Source: Methanoregula sp.
Lineage (GTDB): Archaea > Halobacteriota > Methanomicrobia > Methanomicrobiales > Methanospirillaceae
Length of the DNA: 64,000 nt
Direction: 5' to 3' (one strand)
Assembly (NCBI RefSeq): GCF_049510915.1
Contig: NZ_JBEKYN010000001.1
The position numbers and the translations under genes were made by a program. Of this stretch, positions 28,080-38,668 are shown piece after piece. The notes beneath the pieces are model-generated. The model was given only the letters and a program-made list of their open reading frames with translations, was not told the DNA's origin and did not search any database. Numbering within the stretch: the stretch's first letter is position 1; the number at the start of each line of letters is the position of its first letter.

Positions 28080-28083
<4 letters not shown>
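27286..28083 (-). CDS. trpA: Tryptophan synthase alpha chain
   Basis: [20 protein letters not shown] motif. ATGA overlap with the trpB stop. Confidence 0.95.
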
Positions 28084-29246
<1,163 letters not shown>

Positions 29247-29247
29247 C

Positions 29248-29826
29248 TTATACCTCCTGTGCTGCAGCAATGAATGCCGCTATTTTTTTGTGATCTTTTA
29301 TTCCGGGACGCTCTTCAACGCCGCTTGCGACATCGACCGCGTACGGGTGGATCCTCCGGATCGCGTCCCCGACATTCTCTGGGGTTAGTCCCCCGGCAAG
29401 GATAACCGGGATGGTTGAGTGCTCCACCGCATCGAGGGCATACGATGGATCATATTTCTTTCCCTTTCCATGGCTGTCATCGATAATAATCGCATCACAG
29501 TCTTCCGGCAGCGGGTCGCCCCTTCCGATCACCCGGATTACCTGCACACCCGGATCTTTTTCGAATTTGAACGGGTGCGAGATCTGGATAGCTCTGGGAT
29601 GAAGGGCAATCATATGAGCAAGTTCCTGTTCGGATTTGGTATGGCTTACTGCAACGGTCGCCGTAAATGGCCCGACCGCGTCAAATATTGCCTGTGCCCG
29701 GTCCAGAGGTACGGCTCGGCGCGATACGCCCCCGGAAAAGACAACAACGCCAATCGCATCGGCCCCGGCTTTTTCGGCAAACCGTGCATCCTCTATACGG
29801 GTGATCCCGCAGATTTTCACGCGCAT
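29248..29826 (-). CDS. trpF: Phosphoribosylanthranilate isomerase
   Basis: [14 protein letters not shown] start. The long upstream ORF extension (to 30075) lies inside trpC and is rejected. Confidence 0.9.
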   Translation of the reverse strand: MRVKICGITRIEDARFAEKAGADAIGVVVFSGGVSRRAVPLDRAQAIFDAVGPFTATVAVSHTKSEQELAHMIALHPRAIQISHPFKFEKDPGVQVIRVIGRGDPLPEDCDAIIIDDSHGKGKKYDPSYALDAVEHSTIPVILAGGLTPENVGDAIRRIHPYAVDVASGVEERPGIKDHKKIAAFIAAAQEV

Positions 29827-30572
29827 ACGAACTCCTCCAGTTTTTTCCCGGGTGCCTGGTGTGCCATGAGGGACGAACCGATCAGGAACGCATCGCAGTA
29901 CGGGCGCATCTCCCGCACATCGTCCGCGGATCGCATCCCGCTCTCCGAGATGATGATCCGGTGGTCTGCCCGAACTTTTTTCGAGAGGATCCGGGTGGTT
30001 GACCGGTCGATGCTCATCGTTGAAAGGTTGCGGTTGTTGATCCCGATCAGGCGCGCCCGTGTGGCAAGGGCGCAATCGACTTCCCCTGCGTTATGCACTT
30101 CCACGAGCGGTTCGAGGCCGGCCCCGTACGCGGCATCGACAAACTCGGGGATTCGGTCACCAAGGACGGCCGCAATGAGGAGCACCGCATCCGCCCCGAG
30201 CGCCCGGGTTTCATCGATCTGGCGCATGTCAACGACAAAATCCTTTCGCAGGACCGGCACGCTGACGGCCGCCTTGACCCGCGCGATATCCGCACCAGAG
30301 CCGCCAAAGAAGTACGGCTCGGTGAGCACGGAGAGCCCGACGCAACCGCCATCAACGAGAACACCGGCCATCATCGCCATGTCCACGTTGCGCCGTATGA
30401 CGCCTCCTGACGGGGATGCGCATTTGATCTCGGCGATCACCGGGTTCTTTTGCTGCGCCGAACAGATCGCGTCCGTAAGGCTCGCATGCGTGCAGCCCAT
30501 CTGCTCCGGGAACGTCGCGGGCAGTCTCTCCACCCTCTTTTGGGTGCGCCTGACGATCTCGTCAAGGATCAT
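29817..30572 (-). CDS. trpC: Indole-3-glycerol phosphate synthase
   Basis: [20 protein letters not shown] and GINNRNL motifs. Confidence 0.93.
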   Translation of the reverse strand: MILDEIVRRTQKRVERLPATFPEQMGCTHASLTDAICSAQQKNPVIAEIKCASPSGGVIRRNVDMAMMAGVLVDGGCVGLSVLTEPYFFGGSGADIARVKAAVSVPVLRKDFVVDMRQIDETRALGADAVLLIAAVLGDRIPEFVDAAYGAGLEPLVEVHNAGEVDCALATRARLIGINNRNLSTMSIDRSTTRILSKKVRADHRIIISESGMRSADDVREMRPYCDAFLIGSSLMAHQAPGKKLEEFVCA

Positions 30573-31588
30573 GCCGCACCCTGCGTCGCACAGATAAGTG
30601 CATCCAGTTTTTCCTGTGCTTTCCCGGAATCAATGGATGTAGCGGCGAGTCGCATCCCCTCTGCGAGTGTTCCGGCCCGACCGCCCACGCAGATTGCGGC
30701 TCCCGCATTCATGAGAACGATATCGCGTGCGGCCCCCTTTTTCCCGGCAAGGATGTCGCGGAGGATGCATGCGTTCTCCTCCGGGCTTCCACCGGAAAGA
30801 TCGGCCGGTGCGACCCGTGCAAGCCCGAACATTTCCGGCGAAATGGTATATTCCTGAATTCGATTTCCGGCAAGTTCGGTCACAATTGTCTCGCCGGTGG
30901 TCGTGATCTCGTCAAGCCCGCTGCCATACACGACCATCGCCCGGGAAACGCCGAGAATCCGCAGTACTTCTGCGACCGTTCCTGTGAGATTTTCAGCGTA
31001 GACCCCGAGCACCTGTGCCTCCGCCCCTGCCGGGTTTGCAAGCGGGCCAAGAAGGTTGAAGACCGTCCGGCACCCGAGGTCCTGCCGTGCTGCCATCACG
31101 TGCTTCATCGCCGGGTGGTGGCTCGGTGCAAAGAGGAATGCAATCCCGATCTCCTGCACGATTTTTACCTGCACGGCCGGGTCGACGGCAATTGTGACAC
31201 CAAGTGCCGCGAGCACATCGGCCGATCCACACCGGCTGCTCACGCCCCGGTTGCCGTGCTTGACCACCGGGACGCCGGCTCCTGCCGCAACAAATGCGGC
31301 AGCGGTACTGATGTTAAAGGTCTGTGCGCCATCGCCCCCGGTGCCGCAGGTATCGACCAGTGTTCCGGGAACCTGTGGCCTGATGTTGACCGCATGGTCC
31401 CGCATCACCCGGGCAAATGCTGCGATCTCCTCCGGGGTCTCACCTTTTATGCGCAGGGCGGTCAAAAAACCGCCGATCTGCGCCGCTGTCGCCTGACCGT
31501 CCATGATTGTATTCATAACCGCAACTGCTTCCGTTGGCGCGAGATCACGCATCTCCACCACGTGTGCGATAGCGTCTTTCATGGTCAT
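30569..31588 (-). CDS. trpD: Anthranilate phosphoribosyltransferase
   Basis: DTCGTGGDG and KHGNRGVSS motifs. Confidence 0.95.
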   Translation of the reverse strand: MTMKDAIAHVVEMRDLAPTEAVAVMNTIMDGQATAAQIGGFLTALRIKGETPEEIAAFARVMRDHAVNIRPQVPGTLVDTCGTGGDGAQTFNISTAAAFVAAGAGVPVVKHGNRGVSSRCGSADVLAALGVTIAVDPAVQVKIVQEIGIAFLFAPSHHPAMKHVMAARQDLGCRTVFNLLGPLANPAGAEAQVLGVYAENLTGTVAEVLRILGVSRAMVVYGSGLDEITTTGETIVTELAGNRIQEYTISPEMFGLARVAPADLSGGSPEENACILRDILAGKKGAARDIVLMNAGAAICVGGRAGTLAEGMRLAATSIDSGKAQEKLDALICATQGAA

Positions 31589-32178
31589 GCGCCCACCCGC
31601 CGCGGCCCGAACAGGAAGTTTTTCATAAGCGCGTCGCCGTCATGAGAGAGGATGCTCTCCGGGTGGAACTGCACGCCTTCAATGGGATAGTTCGTGTGCC
31701 GGACGCCCATAATAAAACCGTCGTCAAGGCTCTCGGCCACAACGGAGAGGTCCTGTGGCAGCGAGTCCCGTTCTGCCACAAGTGAATGGTAGCGGGTGGC
31801 GGTAAATGGGGAGGGCAGGCCTTCGTACACGCCCTTCCCGTCACTCTTGATCTCCGAAGTCTTGCCATGCATGAGATGGCCGGATCGTACGACCCGGCCG
31901 CCAAACGCAGTGCAGATGGCCTGGTGGCCGAGGCAGACACCGAGCGTCGGGATTGTTTTGCTCATGGTGTCAAGGACTTCGAGGCAGACACCGGAATCGT
32001 CCGGGGTGCCAGGCCCGGGCGAGAGGATGATCCGGTCGCAGCCGGTTTTTTCGAGCTGCGAGAGCGGAGTGTCGCAGGTGAAGACCATGGGTTTTGCCCC
32101 GAGTTTTCCCACCTGCTGGTACAGGTTGAACGTGAAACTGTCGTAGCAGTCCACGATAAGGACGGTCGGGACGCTCAT
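31585..32178 (-). CDS. trpG: Anthranilate synthase component II (glutamine amidotransferase)
   Basis: [15 protein letters not shown] (catalytic Cys) and GVQFHPES motifs. Confidence 0.95.
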   Translation of the reverse strand: MSVPTVLIVDCYDSFTFNLYQQVGKLGAKPMVFTCDTPLSQLEKTGCDRIILSPGPGTPDDSGVCLEVLDTMSKTIPTLGVCLGHQAICTAFGGRVVRSGHLMHGKTSEIKSDGKGVYEGLPSPFTATRYHSLVAERDSLPQDLSVVAESLDDGFIMGVRHTNYPIEGVQFHPESILSHDGDALMKNFLFGPRRVGA

Positions 32179-33713
32179 GGCGAGACCCCCGCCCGTTCGA
32201 TCGCCCTCATCATCGCTGCTGCCTTGTTCTCAGTCTCGATCCATTCGTTCGCGGGTACCGAGTCCGCAACGATGCCAGCCCCTACCTGGATGCTCGCCCT
32301 GCCGTTCTTCACGCTCACGGTGCGGATCGCGATGGCAAACTCGAGGTTTCGGTCAAAGCCGATATACCCGACTGCGCCCGCGTAGAGCCCGCGTGCATCC
32401 GGCTCGATCCCGCTGATGATCTGCATCGCCCGGATCTTCGGCGCGCCAGAGACCGTCCCGGCCGGGAAGCAGGACTTGAGTGCATCGTAGCAGTCGAGGT
32501 GGTCCATGAGCGTCCCGGTGACGGTCGAGACCATGTGCTGGACATGGGAGAACTTTTCGATGCCCATGAACTCGGTGACATCGACCGACCCGAACTTGCA
32601 GACCCTCCCGACATCGTTTCGTGCGAGATCGACCAGCATTGTGTGCTCGGCCCGCTCTTTTTTGTCGAGCAGTAATTCCTGTGCGAGCCGTTTGTCCTCG
32701 CTCCTGTCGTGGCCCCGGGGCCGGGTGCCGGCGATTGGTACTGTCGTCACGCGTCGTTTCTCCACCCGCACGAGCATCTCTGGGCTTGCCCCGATTACCT
32801 GCTCGTCCCCGAAATCGAGGAAGTACATGTACGGGCTCGGGTTGATCGCCCGCAGGGCAGCGTAGATCGGGAACGGGTCAGCGCCCATCGCACATTCCAT
32901 TCTCCGGGAGAGCACGGCCTGGAAGATATCCCCGGCCACGATATGCTCTTTAATCCCTTCGACCGCATGCGAGAACGCCTCCTTGCCGGTGTTGTCCGAA
33001 ATCTCCAATGGCTTTCCGGGTTTCATATCCCGGGGTATAGTTGATGCCGGTGGTTTTTCTGCGATTGTTTCGATCTGCTGTTTCAGTGCCGCGATGTGTG
33101 CGACACAGCGCCGGTATTCGGCAGCCGGGTCCGATTCGTAGGTCAGGAACGGGCTTGAGAAGATAAACAGTCTCCGGTCCCGGTGATCGAAGACAACACA
33201 GTCTTTCGTAAACATGAATCGGGCATCAGGAGTGGCAACAGCCGTGCTGCTCTTTGTGCTTTCAACCTGCCCGAAGAGCGAGTGTACGATATCGTAGGAA
33301 AAGTATCCAACCATCCCCCCGAAAAACCGCGGGGCCCTGAGGTTTATGTAATTGAACCGCGAGAGAACCGACCGGATTTTATCGACCGGGTTTGCACCCT
33401 CCGGTTCGCGTGCGATGGCAACAAACGCCTCGCTGCCAGTCACGACCACGTCATCACCGAGCGTAATCATACCCATGGGATCGATGCCGACGTATGAGTA
33501 CCGGGCGATCTTCTCGCTTCCTTCTATGGATTCAAGGAGGAACGCGTTTCCCGTCCGGGTTTTCAAGAACACGTCCAGCGGCGAACACCGCGGGAGCGGA
33601 AATTCGGTGCAGAGCGGAATCACCAGCGGTTTTGGCTGGTTGTTTACTGCAGTAAGGAATTCATCGGGCCCAAGATTCAGGTTCAGTTCTTTTTGAGTAA
33701 TATTCGTCTCCAT
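32175..33713 (-). CDS. trpE: Anthranilate synthase component I
   Basis: Chorismate-binding domain with GAGIVADS and GGAVGY-type motifs. Start moved to ATG 33713 (METNITQKE). Confidence 0.93.
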   Translation of the reverse strand: METNITQKELNLNLGPDEFLTAVNNQPKPLVIPLCTEFPLPRCSPLDVFLKTRTGNAFLLESIEGSEKIARYSYVGIDPMGMITLGDDVVVTGSEAFVAIAREPEGANPVDKIRSVLSRFNYINLRAPRFFGGMVGYFSYDIVHSLFGQVESTKSSTAVATPDARFMFTKDCVVFDHRDRRLFIFSSPFLTYESDPAAEYRRCVAHIAALKQQIETIAEKPPASTIPRDMKPGKPLEISDNTGKEAFSHAVEGIKEHIVAGDIFQAVLSRRMECAMGADPFPIYAALRAINPSPYMYFLDFGDEQVIGASPEMLVRVEKRRVTTVPIAGTRPRGHDRSEDKRLAQELLLDKKERAEHTMLVDLARNDVGRVCKFGSVDVTEFMGIEKFSHVQHMVSTVTGTLMDHLDCYDALKSCFPAGTVSGAPKIRAMQIISGIEPDARGLYAGAVGYIGFDRNLEFAIAIRTVSVKNGRASIQVGAGIVADSVPANEWIETENKAAAMMRAIERAGVSP

Positions 33714-33872
33714 CCCATCGGCATCACCAACTAACGTATCGCGTGAATGTGTCCCGGTCAGGAACGAGGTGTGTAAAGGTTCCTGCCCTGGCAGACAGTA
33801 CAGGCACAGGCATCGTGCGAAGAATCGATCAGATCCCGCAGGCAGCCCGCCCAAACGCTTAGTTTTGGTTGT

Positions 33873-33927
33873 TATTGTACATATTTATACATTGTTGTTA
33901 TTTTATGTAAGTCAATGCATGTGCAAT
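33873..33927 (-). promoter_or_regulatory. Putative trp operon promoter/operator region
   Basis: TATA element TATAAATAT (minus strand, 33881-33889) is bracketed by TGTACA (33876-33881) and TATACA (33886-33891). The motif CAATGCATGTGCAAT lies at 33913-33927. The whole region is about 170 nt upstream of the trpE ATG. Confidence 0.4.
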
Positions 33928-34077
33928 ACAGTATGCCCATGCCGGGTATTGACAAAAGAGAAGGCGATCCCGGAAAATCAACGGCGATAAATAACGATCC
34001 AGGCGTAACTGAAAGCCTTGAAAAGCGGCGCAGAATGTGGCTATGAACCGGGTGTGCACCAAAGACCCATGCCCTGA

Positions 34078-34356
34078 TCACTCTACTTTTATACCCTTGC
34101 CGCGGAGTGTTTCGGTCTTCTTCTTTGAACATTCTTCGCACCGGAACCCGGGAGCCGCATCGTTGCTTTTGTCATAGTCCCCGGACCGTACCAGCCGGTA
34201 CCCCCGCGCGACTTTGCCGCAGTCCACGCAGGAGATGTTCTCTTTGACCTCCCACTGCGCAGCAAGCGACCGGGAAGTAAAGATGAACTGGTCGACCCGG
34301 AAGAAGATCAGCCCTCCGATCAGGTTTGCTACGATAGCGGCTAGGCTCTGTCCCAT
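34078..34356 (-). CDS. Small membrane-anchored zinc-ribbon protein
   Basis: One TM helix (MGQSLAAIVANLIGGLIFFRV) followed by CVDCGK ... CEECSK. The longer ORF to 34512 adds an implausible S/G/P/C-rich N-terminus. Confidence 0.5.
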   Translation of the reverse strand: MGQSLAAIVANLIGGLIFFRVDQFIFTSRSLAAQWEVKENISCVDCGKVARGYRLVRSGDYDKSNDAAPGFRCEECSKKKTETLRGKGIKVE

Positions 34357-34568
34357 TACGGCAAAGAGAATGCCGACCCCAGGCAAGGATCGGAGTGCCT
34401 GCCTGCCAACGGAGCAGGGAGAGTGCGTACCGCTTGAAATTGATCCGCATACAGGAATCTTTTCGGGCCGGGGAATTAAAAGGGATTGTGCCGTTCCCCC
34501 TATGCACTGCACGAGGACTTTATACCCTGCCGGACAAATACTAGGAAATACACTTGACGTGAGGATAT

Positions 34569-35159
34569 ATGTGGCCGAACAAGCAGCACTCGCTCGGGTG
34601 GGTTTTTATCACGCGGATGATCGGGATCATAAGTTTCCTGATTGTGGTCGTGCTGGCAAATATTCTGGACTTTTACGTCGGGAGCTCGCTCTATCATTCG
34701 GGTGTCGATTTCCTGAATCTGAATTTCTGGCTGCTGCTCCTCATCGGCATCATCATTTTTGTCGCTGACATTTTCGGGGCGTTTCCCTTCCCGTTGAACC
34801 TGCCGGCCCCGATTATTAAGGCAATCGGCAGTGTCTTTATCATCGCGTTCCTGCTCCGGGTGTTTGATTGGGTAGACTCAACCACCGGCAACAATATTTA
34901 CCATTATTTCTGGCTGCTCTCGTTTGTGATCGTACCGATCGTCTTTATCATAGTGCTTTTAGCTGGGTACTATGAGATCATCTACGATCTCTGGGCGAAA
35001 GCAAAGATCCGTGAGGGATCTAACGTGGCTGTCGCCGGTTCTGCAGATAACCCGCAAGCAATCTCCTCTCCCAAATCCTGGGAAGATGTCAGCGCCGAGT
35101 TACGGATGATGCTGTACGAAATTATCCACAGGTTCCGCGAAGAGATCCGGAAACGTTAG
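34569..35159 (+). CDS. Hypothetical integral membrane protein
   Basis: 196-aa ORF with about five hydrophobic helices. ATG preceded by GAGGAT. Confidence 0.6.
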   Translation: MWPNKQHSLGWVFITRMIGIISFLIVVVLANILDFYVGSSLYHSGVDFLNLNFWLLLLIGIIIFVADIFGAFPFPLNLPAPIIKAIGSVFIIAFLLRVFDWVDSTTGNNIYHYFWLLSFVIVPIVFIIVLLAGYYEIIYDLWAKAKIREGSNVAVAGSADNPQAISSPKSWEDVSAELRMMLYEIIHRFREEIRKR

Positions 35160-35238
35160 CACTCGCGGGTTACTGTCCCTTAAGCAGGAGAGTTTGTGCC
35201 AAAAACGTCGAGGATGACATTTCCCGTATAACTATCAC

Positions 35239-35472
35239 TCACCAGTTAGGGTTTTCCTCACGGAATTTTCTCTCTTTTTCAACAAGTTCTTCGCTCGTGA
35301 GATGGGCCGGCATACAGATGCAGCGGTGTTCAATAAAGACGCCGTCCTTGAAACTGCCCTGCGGTTCACCCGTACGACAGGCGCCATAGATGTCAGCATC
35401 GCAGTCATGGTAGACCTGCGGGAGATTCTTCTCTCTGGCGTACATAAGTGCCTCATGCCATGATGCTGCCAT
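35239..35472 (-). CDS. Hypothetical 77-aa Cys/His-containing protein
   Basis: Sequence is MAASWHEALMYAREKNLPQVYHDCDADIYGACRTGEPQGSFKDGVFIEHRCICMPAHL..., with GATATAGTA about 28 nt upstream of the ATG, consistent with a leaderless transcript. The 5' part of the listed 142-aa ORF overlaps the zinc-ribbon gene in another frame and is rejected. Confidence 0.45.
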   Translation of the reverse strand: MAASWHEALMYAREKNLPQVYHDCDADIYGACRTGEPQGSFKDGVFIEHRCICMPAHLTSEELVEKERKFREENPNW

Positions 35473-35572
35473 AATTGCAGTATTGTGGCGTACAGGTACT
35501 ATATCTGGCGTGTGGTAACAGCATCCAGCTAAAGACATCCAAAAAAGAAAAAAATGAATGAGATTTATGTAA

Positions 35573-35740
35573 TTAGAACCGGGGTTTCCGGTGCTTGGGC
35601 AGGCAGTCCCTGCAGTAAACCGGCCTTCCCTCAGTTGGCTTGAAGGGGACTTCGCACTCTTTTCCACAGTCTGAACAGACCGTCTTTGTCATTTCTCTGG
35701 GACCGAAGTTTCTCGGGCCACCAAATCCTTTTCTTTCCAT
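35573..35740 (-). CDS. CxxC-x17-CxxC zinc-ribbon protein (55 aa, absent from the ORF track)
   Basis: Hand translation gives MERKGFGGPRNFGPREMTKTVCSDCGKECEVPFKPTEGRPVYCRDCLPKHRKPRF. The C-x2-C-x17-C-x2-C module (VPFxPxxxRPVYCxxC) is a widespread domain. An oligo-T run follows the stop. Confidence 0.75.
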   Translation of the reverse strand: MERKGFGGPRNFGPREMTKTVCSDCGKECEVPFKPTEGRPVYCRDCLPKHRKPRF

Positions 35741-35841
35741 TGTATTACTCATGCAGTTTTATATCTGCATATATTCATCATACCATTCAGTATAAATACA
35801 TCTGCATCTGATCAGGCATCCATCCGACCAGTTCTGCGGGG

Positions 35842-36969
35842 TCAGGGAATGATTTCGCACCCATTGAACTTCTCGTGGGCAAAGTCAGGAAGGCTGATGC
35901 GCCCGGAATCTATCAGGGCCCGTACACGGGGGAGTGCATCCATTAAAGAATCGCGCAGGTTTTCCACGGTACCGCACACGAGCTGTCGGCCGGCCGGGTT
36001 CCAGGGCTGCACGATGCTCGAGTACAGGCACCGGCCGCCACAGAACGTGCGGATGTGACATGTCGTACACTCGCCACCCACCGGGATCCGGGGCAAGCTC
36101 TGCGGGTCTGCGTCCGCGATATGGCCGGCATAATATTGTCTCATGCCGATCATAATCGGGCAGGGCGCGATATGACCGTCGGTCATGATCGCATAGTTCG
36201 CGTGCCCCGCCCCGCACCGCAGGGGGCTCTCCCTCCCGTACAGAAGATCTTCCATGGGATCGATGAAGGGGTACCAGCGATTGACCTGCCCGTTCTGTTC
36301 CATATGGTCGACCCATGCCGTGACAAGTGCACGGATACCGGGATTATAACTTTCCGTTACCCATTCTGCAAACCGGCGGCGGGAGAGATCGCGGGTGAAG
36401 TTTGCATCCATCTGCCAGTGGATAGATGTAAATGAGTATACCGGATTCTCCGCGAGGTACCGGACTGCGTCGAATATATCGGTGCGCTCGGTCACGGTCA
36501 TCCGGGCAATCAGTTCGCCGCGATAGCCGTCTGCCCGGATCTTTCTCACGTTTGTCATCACCCGGGAAAAAACACCGGCCCCCCGGTTTTCATCGGTGAG
36601 GGTTTCGCGCCCGTCCAGCGAGACAAGGATCGTGGAGAATCGGTTGACGATATCAGGAGCGAGCTGGTCGAGCAGGAGGCCGTTGGTCTGGATCATGAAC
36701 CTTTGCACCGGGGCCTCACGGACAATCCTTTCGATCAATACCGGACGCAGGAGCGGTTCGCCGCCATAGAATGTCACGGTTGGCGAGGGATCCCGCGCAA
36801 GGAACCGGTAGAGCAGTTCAGGATCGTAACTGAGATCCGGTGCGAGGTTCGCATCGATCTCGACCGGCACTGCATCCGGACCCTCTTTATCTTCATCCTC
36901 GAACGCCTTGGCCCGGCAGTACCGGCAGCAGAGGTTGCAATCGTCGGTGAGGATGAGATGGAAGTACAT
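35842..36969 (-). CDS. Radical SAM enzyme with a C-terminal SPASM domain (putative peptide/protein-modifying)
   Basis: The N-terminal CNLCCRYC is a CxxxCxxC radical-SAM cluster motif. The C-terminal Cys set CGAG...APCP...CTTCHIRTFCGGRC is typical of SPASM auxiliary clusters. It resembles the archaeal putative peptide-modifying rSAM families; this is from memory. Confidence 0.85.
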   Translation of the reverse strand: MYFHLILTDDCNLCCRYCRAKAFEDEDKEGPDAVPVEIDANLAPDLSYDPELLYRFLARDPSPTVTFYGGEPLLRPVLIERIVREAPVQRFMIQTNGLLLDQLAPDIVNRFSTILVSLDGRETLTDENRGAGVFSRVMTNVRKIRADGYRGELIARMTVTERTDIFDAVRYLAENPVYSFTSIHWQMDANFTRDLSRRRFAEWVTESYNPGIRALVTAWVDHMEQNGQVNRWYPFIDPMEDLLYGRESPLRCGAGHANYAIMTDGHIAPCPIMIGMRQYYAGHIADADPQSLPRIPVGGECTTCHIRTFCGGRCLYSSIVQPWNPAGRQLVCGTVENLRDSLMDALPRVRALIDSGRISLPDFAHEKFNGCEIIP

Positions 36970-37072
36970 AGATAAATTCCTGTTATCATGGGAAGCCCCA
37001 GACGATAAATCCGCGGGATTTCGGTATGAACAACCATTTTTTCTATGGTGTGGCTGTATTAATCAGGTCTGT

Positions 37073-37906
37073 ATGCCACAGATCATTGTGAAAAAGTCGG
37101 AGCAGGACACGGGAACCGGATTCGGCTGGGATGCTGCGGACTATGCACGGAGTTCCCAGGCACAGAAGCAGTGAGCGCAGGAACTGCTAAAAAAAATCGA
37201 TCTGTCAGGCAGCGAAAAGGTGCTTGATATCGGGTGCGGTGAGGGTACCGTGACTGCCGCACTTGCGAAACGCGTGCCGGAAGGATCCGTTCTCGGTATC
37301 GACCTCTCTCCTGACATGATCCGGTTTGCGCGTGAACAGTTCCCGCAGGATGCGCATCCCAACCTGTCGTTTGCAGAAGGAGACGTTCAGGTTCTCGGAT
37401 TTTCTGGAGAATTTGATATTGTCTTTTCAAACGCCGCACTCCACTGGGTGTATGATCACGGCCCGGTCCTTGCGGGGATCGCCCGGGCGCTCCGGAGCGG
37501 CGGGCGGATGATTGTCCAGATGGGAGGGAAAGGTAATGCAGCTCAGGTCTTAGTCGCTCTTGACGTAATGCGTGCAGATCCCGGGTGGAGTCAGTACTTT
37601 CGCGGATTTTCCTTCCGCTATGGTTTCTTCTCACCGGCAGAGTATATCCCGTGGCTTGAAACGGCTGGCCTTGCACCGGTTCGCGTTGACCTCATCCCCA
37701 AAGAGATGGTGTATCCGGCACGCGACGGGTTCTGCAGCTGGCTCCGTACAACCTGGCTCCCGTACCTGGAGAGGGTGCCCCAGGCCCGGCGGAATGAGTT
37801 TGTTGATTCACTTGCCGATCAGTTCCTTGCTGTAAATCAACCGGATCCGGATGGCACCATTCACGTAAAGATGGTAAGGCTCGAAATCGAGGCGAAAAAA
37901 CGCTGA
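37073..37906 (+). pseudogene. Class I SAM-dependent methyltransferase (Tam-like) interrupted by an in-frame TGA
   Basis: ORFs 36908-37174 and 37220-37906 share one frame. The read-through is ...ADYARSSQAQKQ*AQELLKKIDLSGSEKVLDIGCGEGTVT, and the TGA (37172-37174) sits where related enzymes have Trp (TGG). SAM motif I is LDIGCGEG. Confidence 0.7.
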
Positions 37907-38375
37907 TCCCTGCCCGATAAGTGTCGTAATGTATAAACTATTTTCCTGTAATTCATTCTTATGGCCGGGGGAGTACTTTGCAGAGAATATCGATATCTTG
38001 GAACGCGGCGAACTTGACGCCCTGATCATGGGATGAGTACATCAACCCCCCCCAAATGGAGATCTGGCGTACTGATGTACAACCTCGTGAACCGTCAGTG
38101 ACCATCGGAGGGCAGGGTGGTGCGCTGGCATCATTTTTTGCCCTGCTGCATCTCCGAAGGTGTAATGGTTAATGCGCCTTTATTTAAGCAAATAAGCGCA
38201 AACCGGCCAATATTTTCGCCTATTTAATCGGAGTTAATAGTGCGCCACAATACCGAAAATACCATTGAAAATATGGCTAAATTTGATATTTCGACGTGTT
38301 TTCGACGGAAACCTTTTATATTATCAGGCGTTAACTCTCATTATCAAAACCCAAACGGGGTTTTGAGGTGTTTAA

Positions 38376-38591
38376 ATGGGACAGAAAATTGGAAAGGAAA
38401 AGATCCAGCGCGAAAAGGGATTCCTGTACTTCATTGGGAAGGACGGGTATGTCTGGGCAGCCCCGATGAAGCACAACAAGACCGGCAAGAAGAAGAAAGT
38501 CGGTACTGAAAAGATTGCCAAGGAAAAGGGCTACATGTATTACATTGGCAAAGACGGATTCGTCGCAAAAGCCAAGATGAAAAACGCATAA
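38376..38591 (+). CDS. Small basic protein made of two tandem 29-aa repeats
   Basis: The two repeats are KIGKEKIQREKGFLYFIGKDGYVWAAPMK and KVGTEKIAKEKGYMYYIGKDGFVAKAKMK, joined by a Lys-rich linker. A TATA-like TTTTATATTA is present about 55 nt upstream and GAGGTG 8 nt upstream of the ATG. Confidence 0.65.
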   Translation: MGQKIGKEKIQREKGFLYFIGKDGYVWAAPMKHNKTGKKKKVGTEKIAKEKGYMYYIGKDGFVAKAKMKNA

Positions 38592-38599
38592 ACCGAACA

Positions 38600-38668
38600 T
38601 CTTTTTATCATTGCAGTCGGATATGGTGCCGGGGCAATCCGGTACTGCCCGACTGCATATAATTTTTC
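38600..38668 (+). terminator. Oligo-T runs and a long hairpin downstream of the 71-aa gene
   Basis: A T5 run at 38602-38606 follows the stop. The stem TGCAGTCGG (38612-38620) pairs with CCGACTGCA (38649-38657), with an inner GTGCCGG/CCGGTAC pairing, followed by a second T5 at 38663-38667. Confidence 0.4.

Noticed and set aside
36908-37174. Independent 88-aa gene
   Set aside because: Its C-terminal part is the in-frame N-terminus of the methyltransferase interrupted by TGA. The upstream part overlaps the radical SAM gene start region and is non-proteinlike.
37172-37174. Selenocysteine or pyrrolysine recoding at the in-frame stop
   Set aside because: The codon is TGA, not TAG. The aligned residue in related methyltransferases is Trp, not Cys/Sec. 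No SECIS-like element was apparent, and Sec use is not known for this methanogen group. A nonsense mutation or sequence error is more parsimonious.
37929-38036. 35-aa ORF ending ...GEYFAENIDILERGELDALIMG as a gene or gene remnant
   Set aside because: The C-terminal half looks protein-like, but it is too short, has no recognisable family and has no promoter or RBS context. It is mentioned only as a possible relic within the AT-rich stretch.
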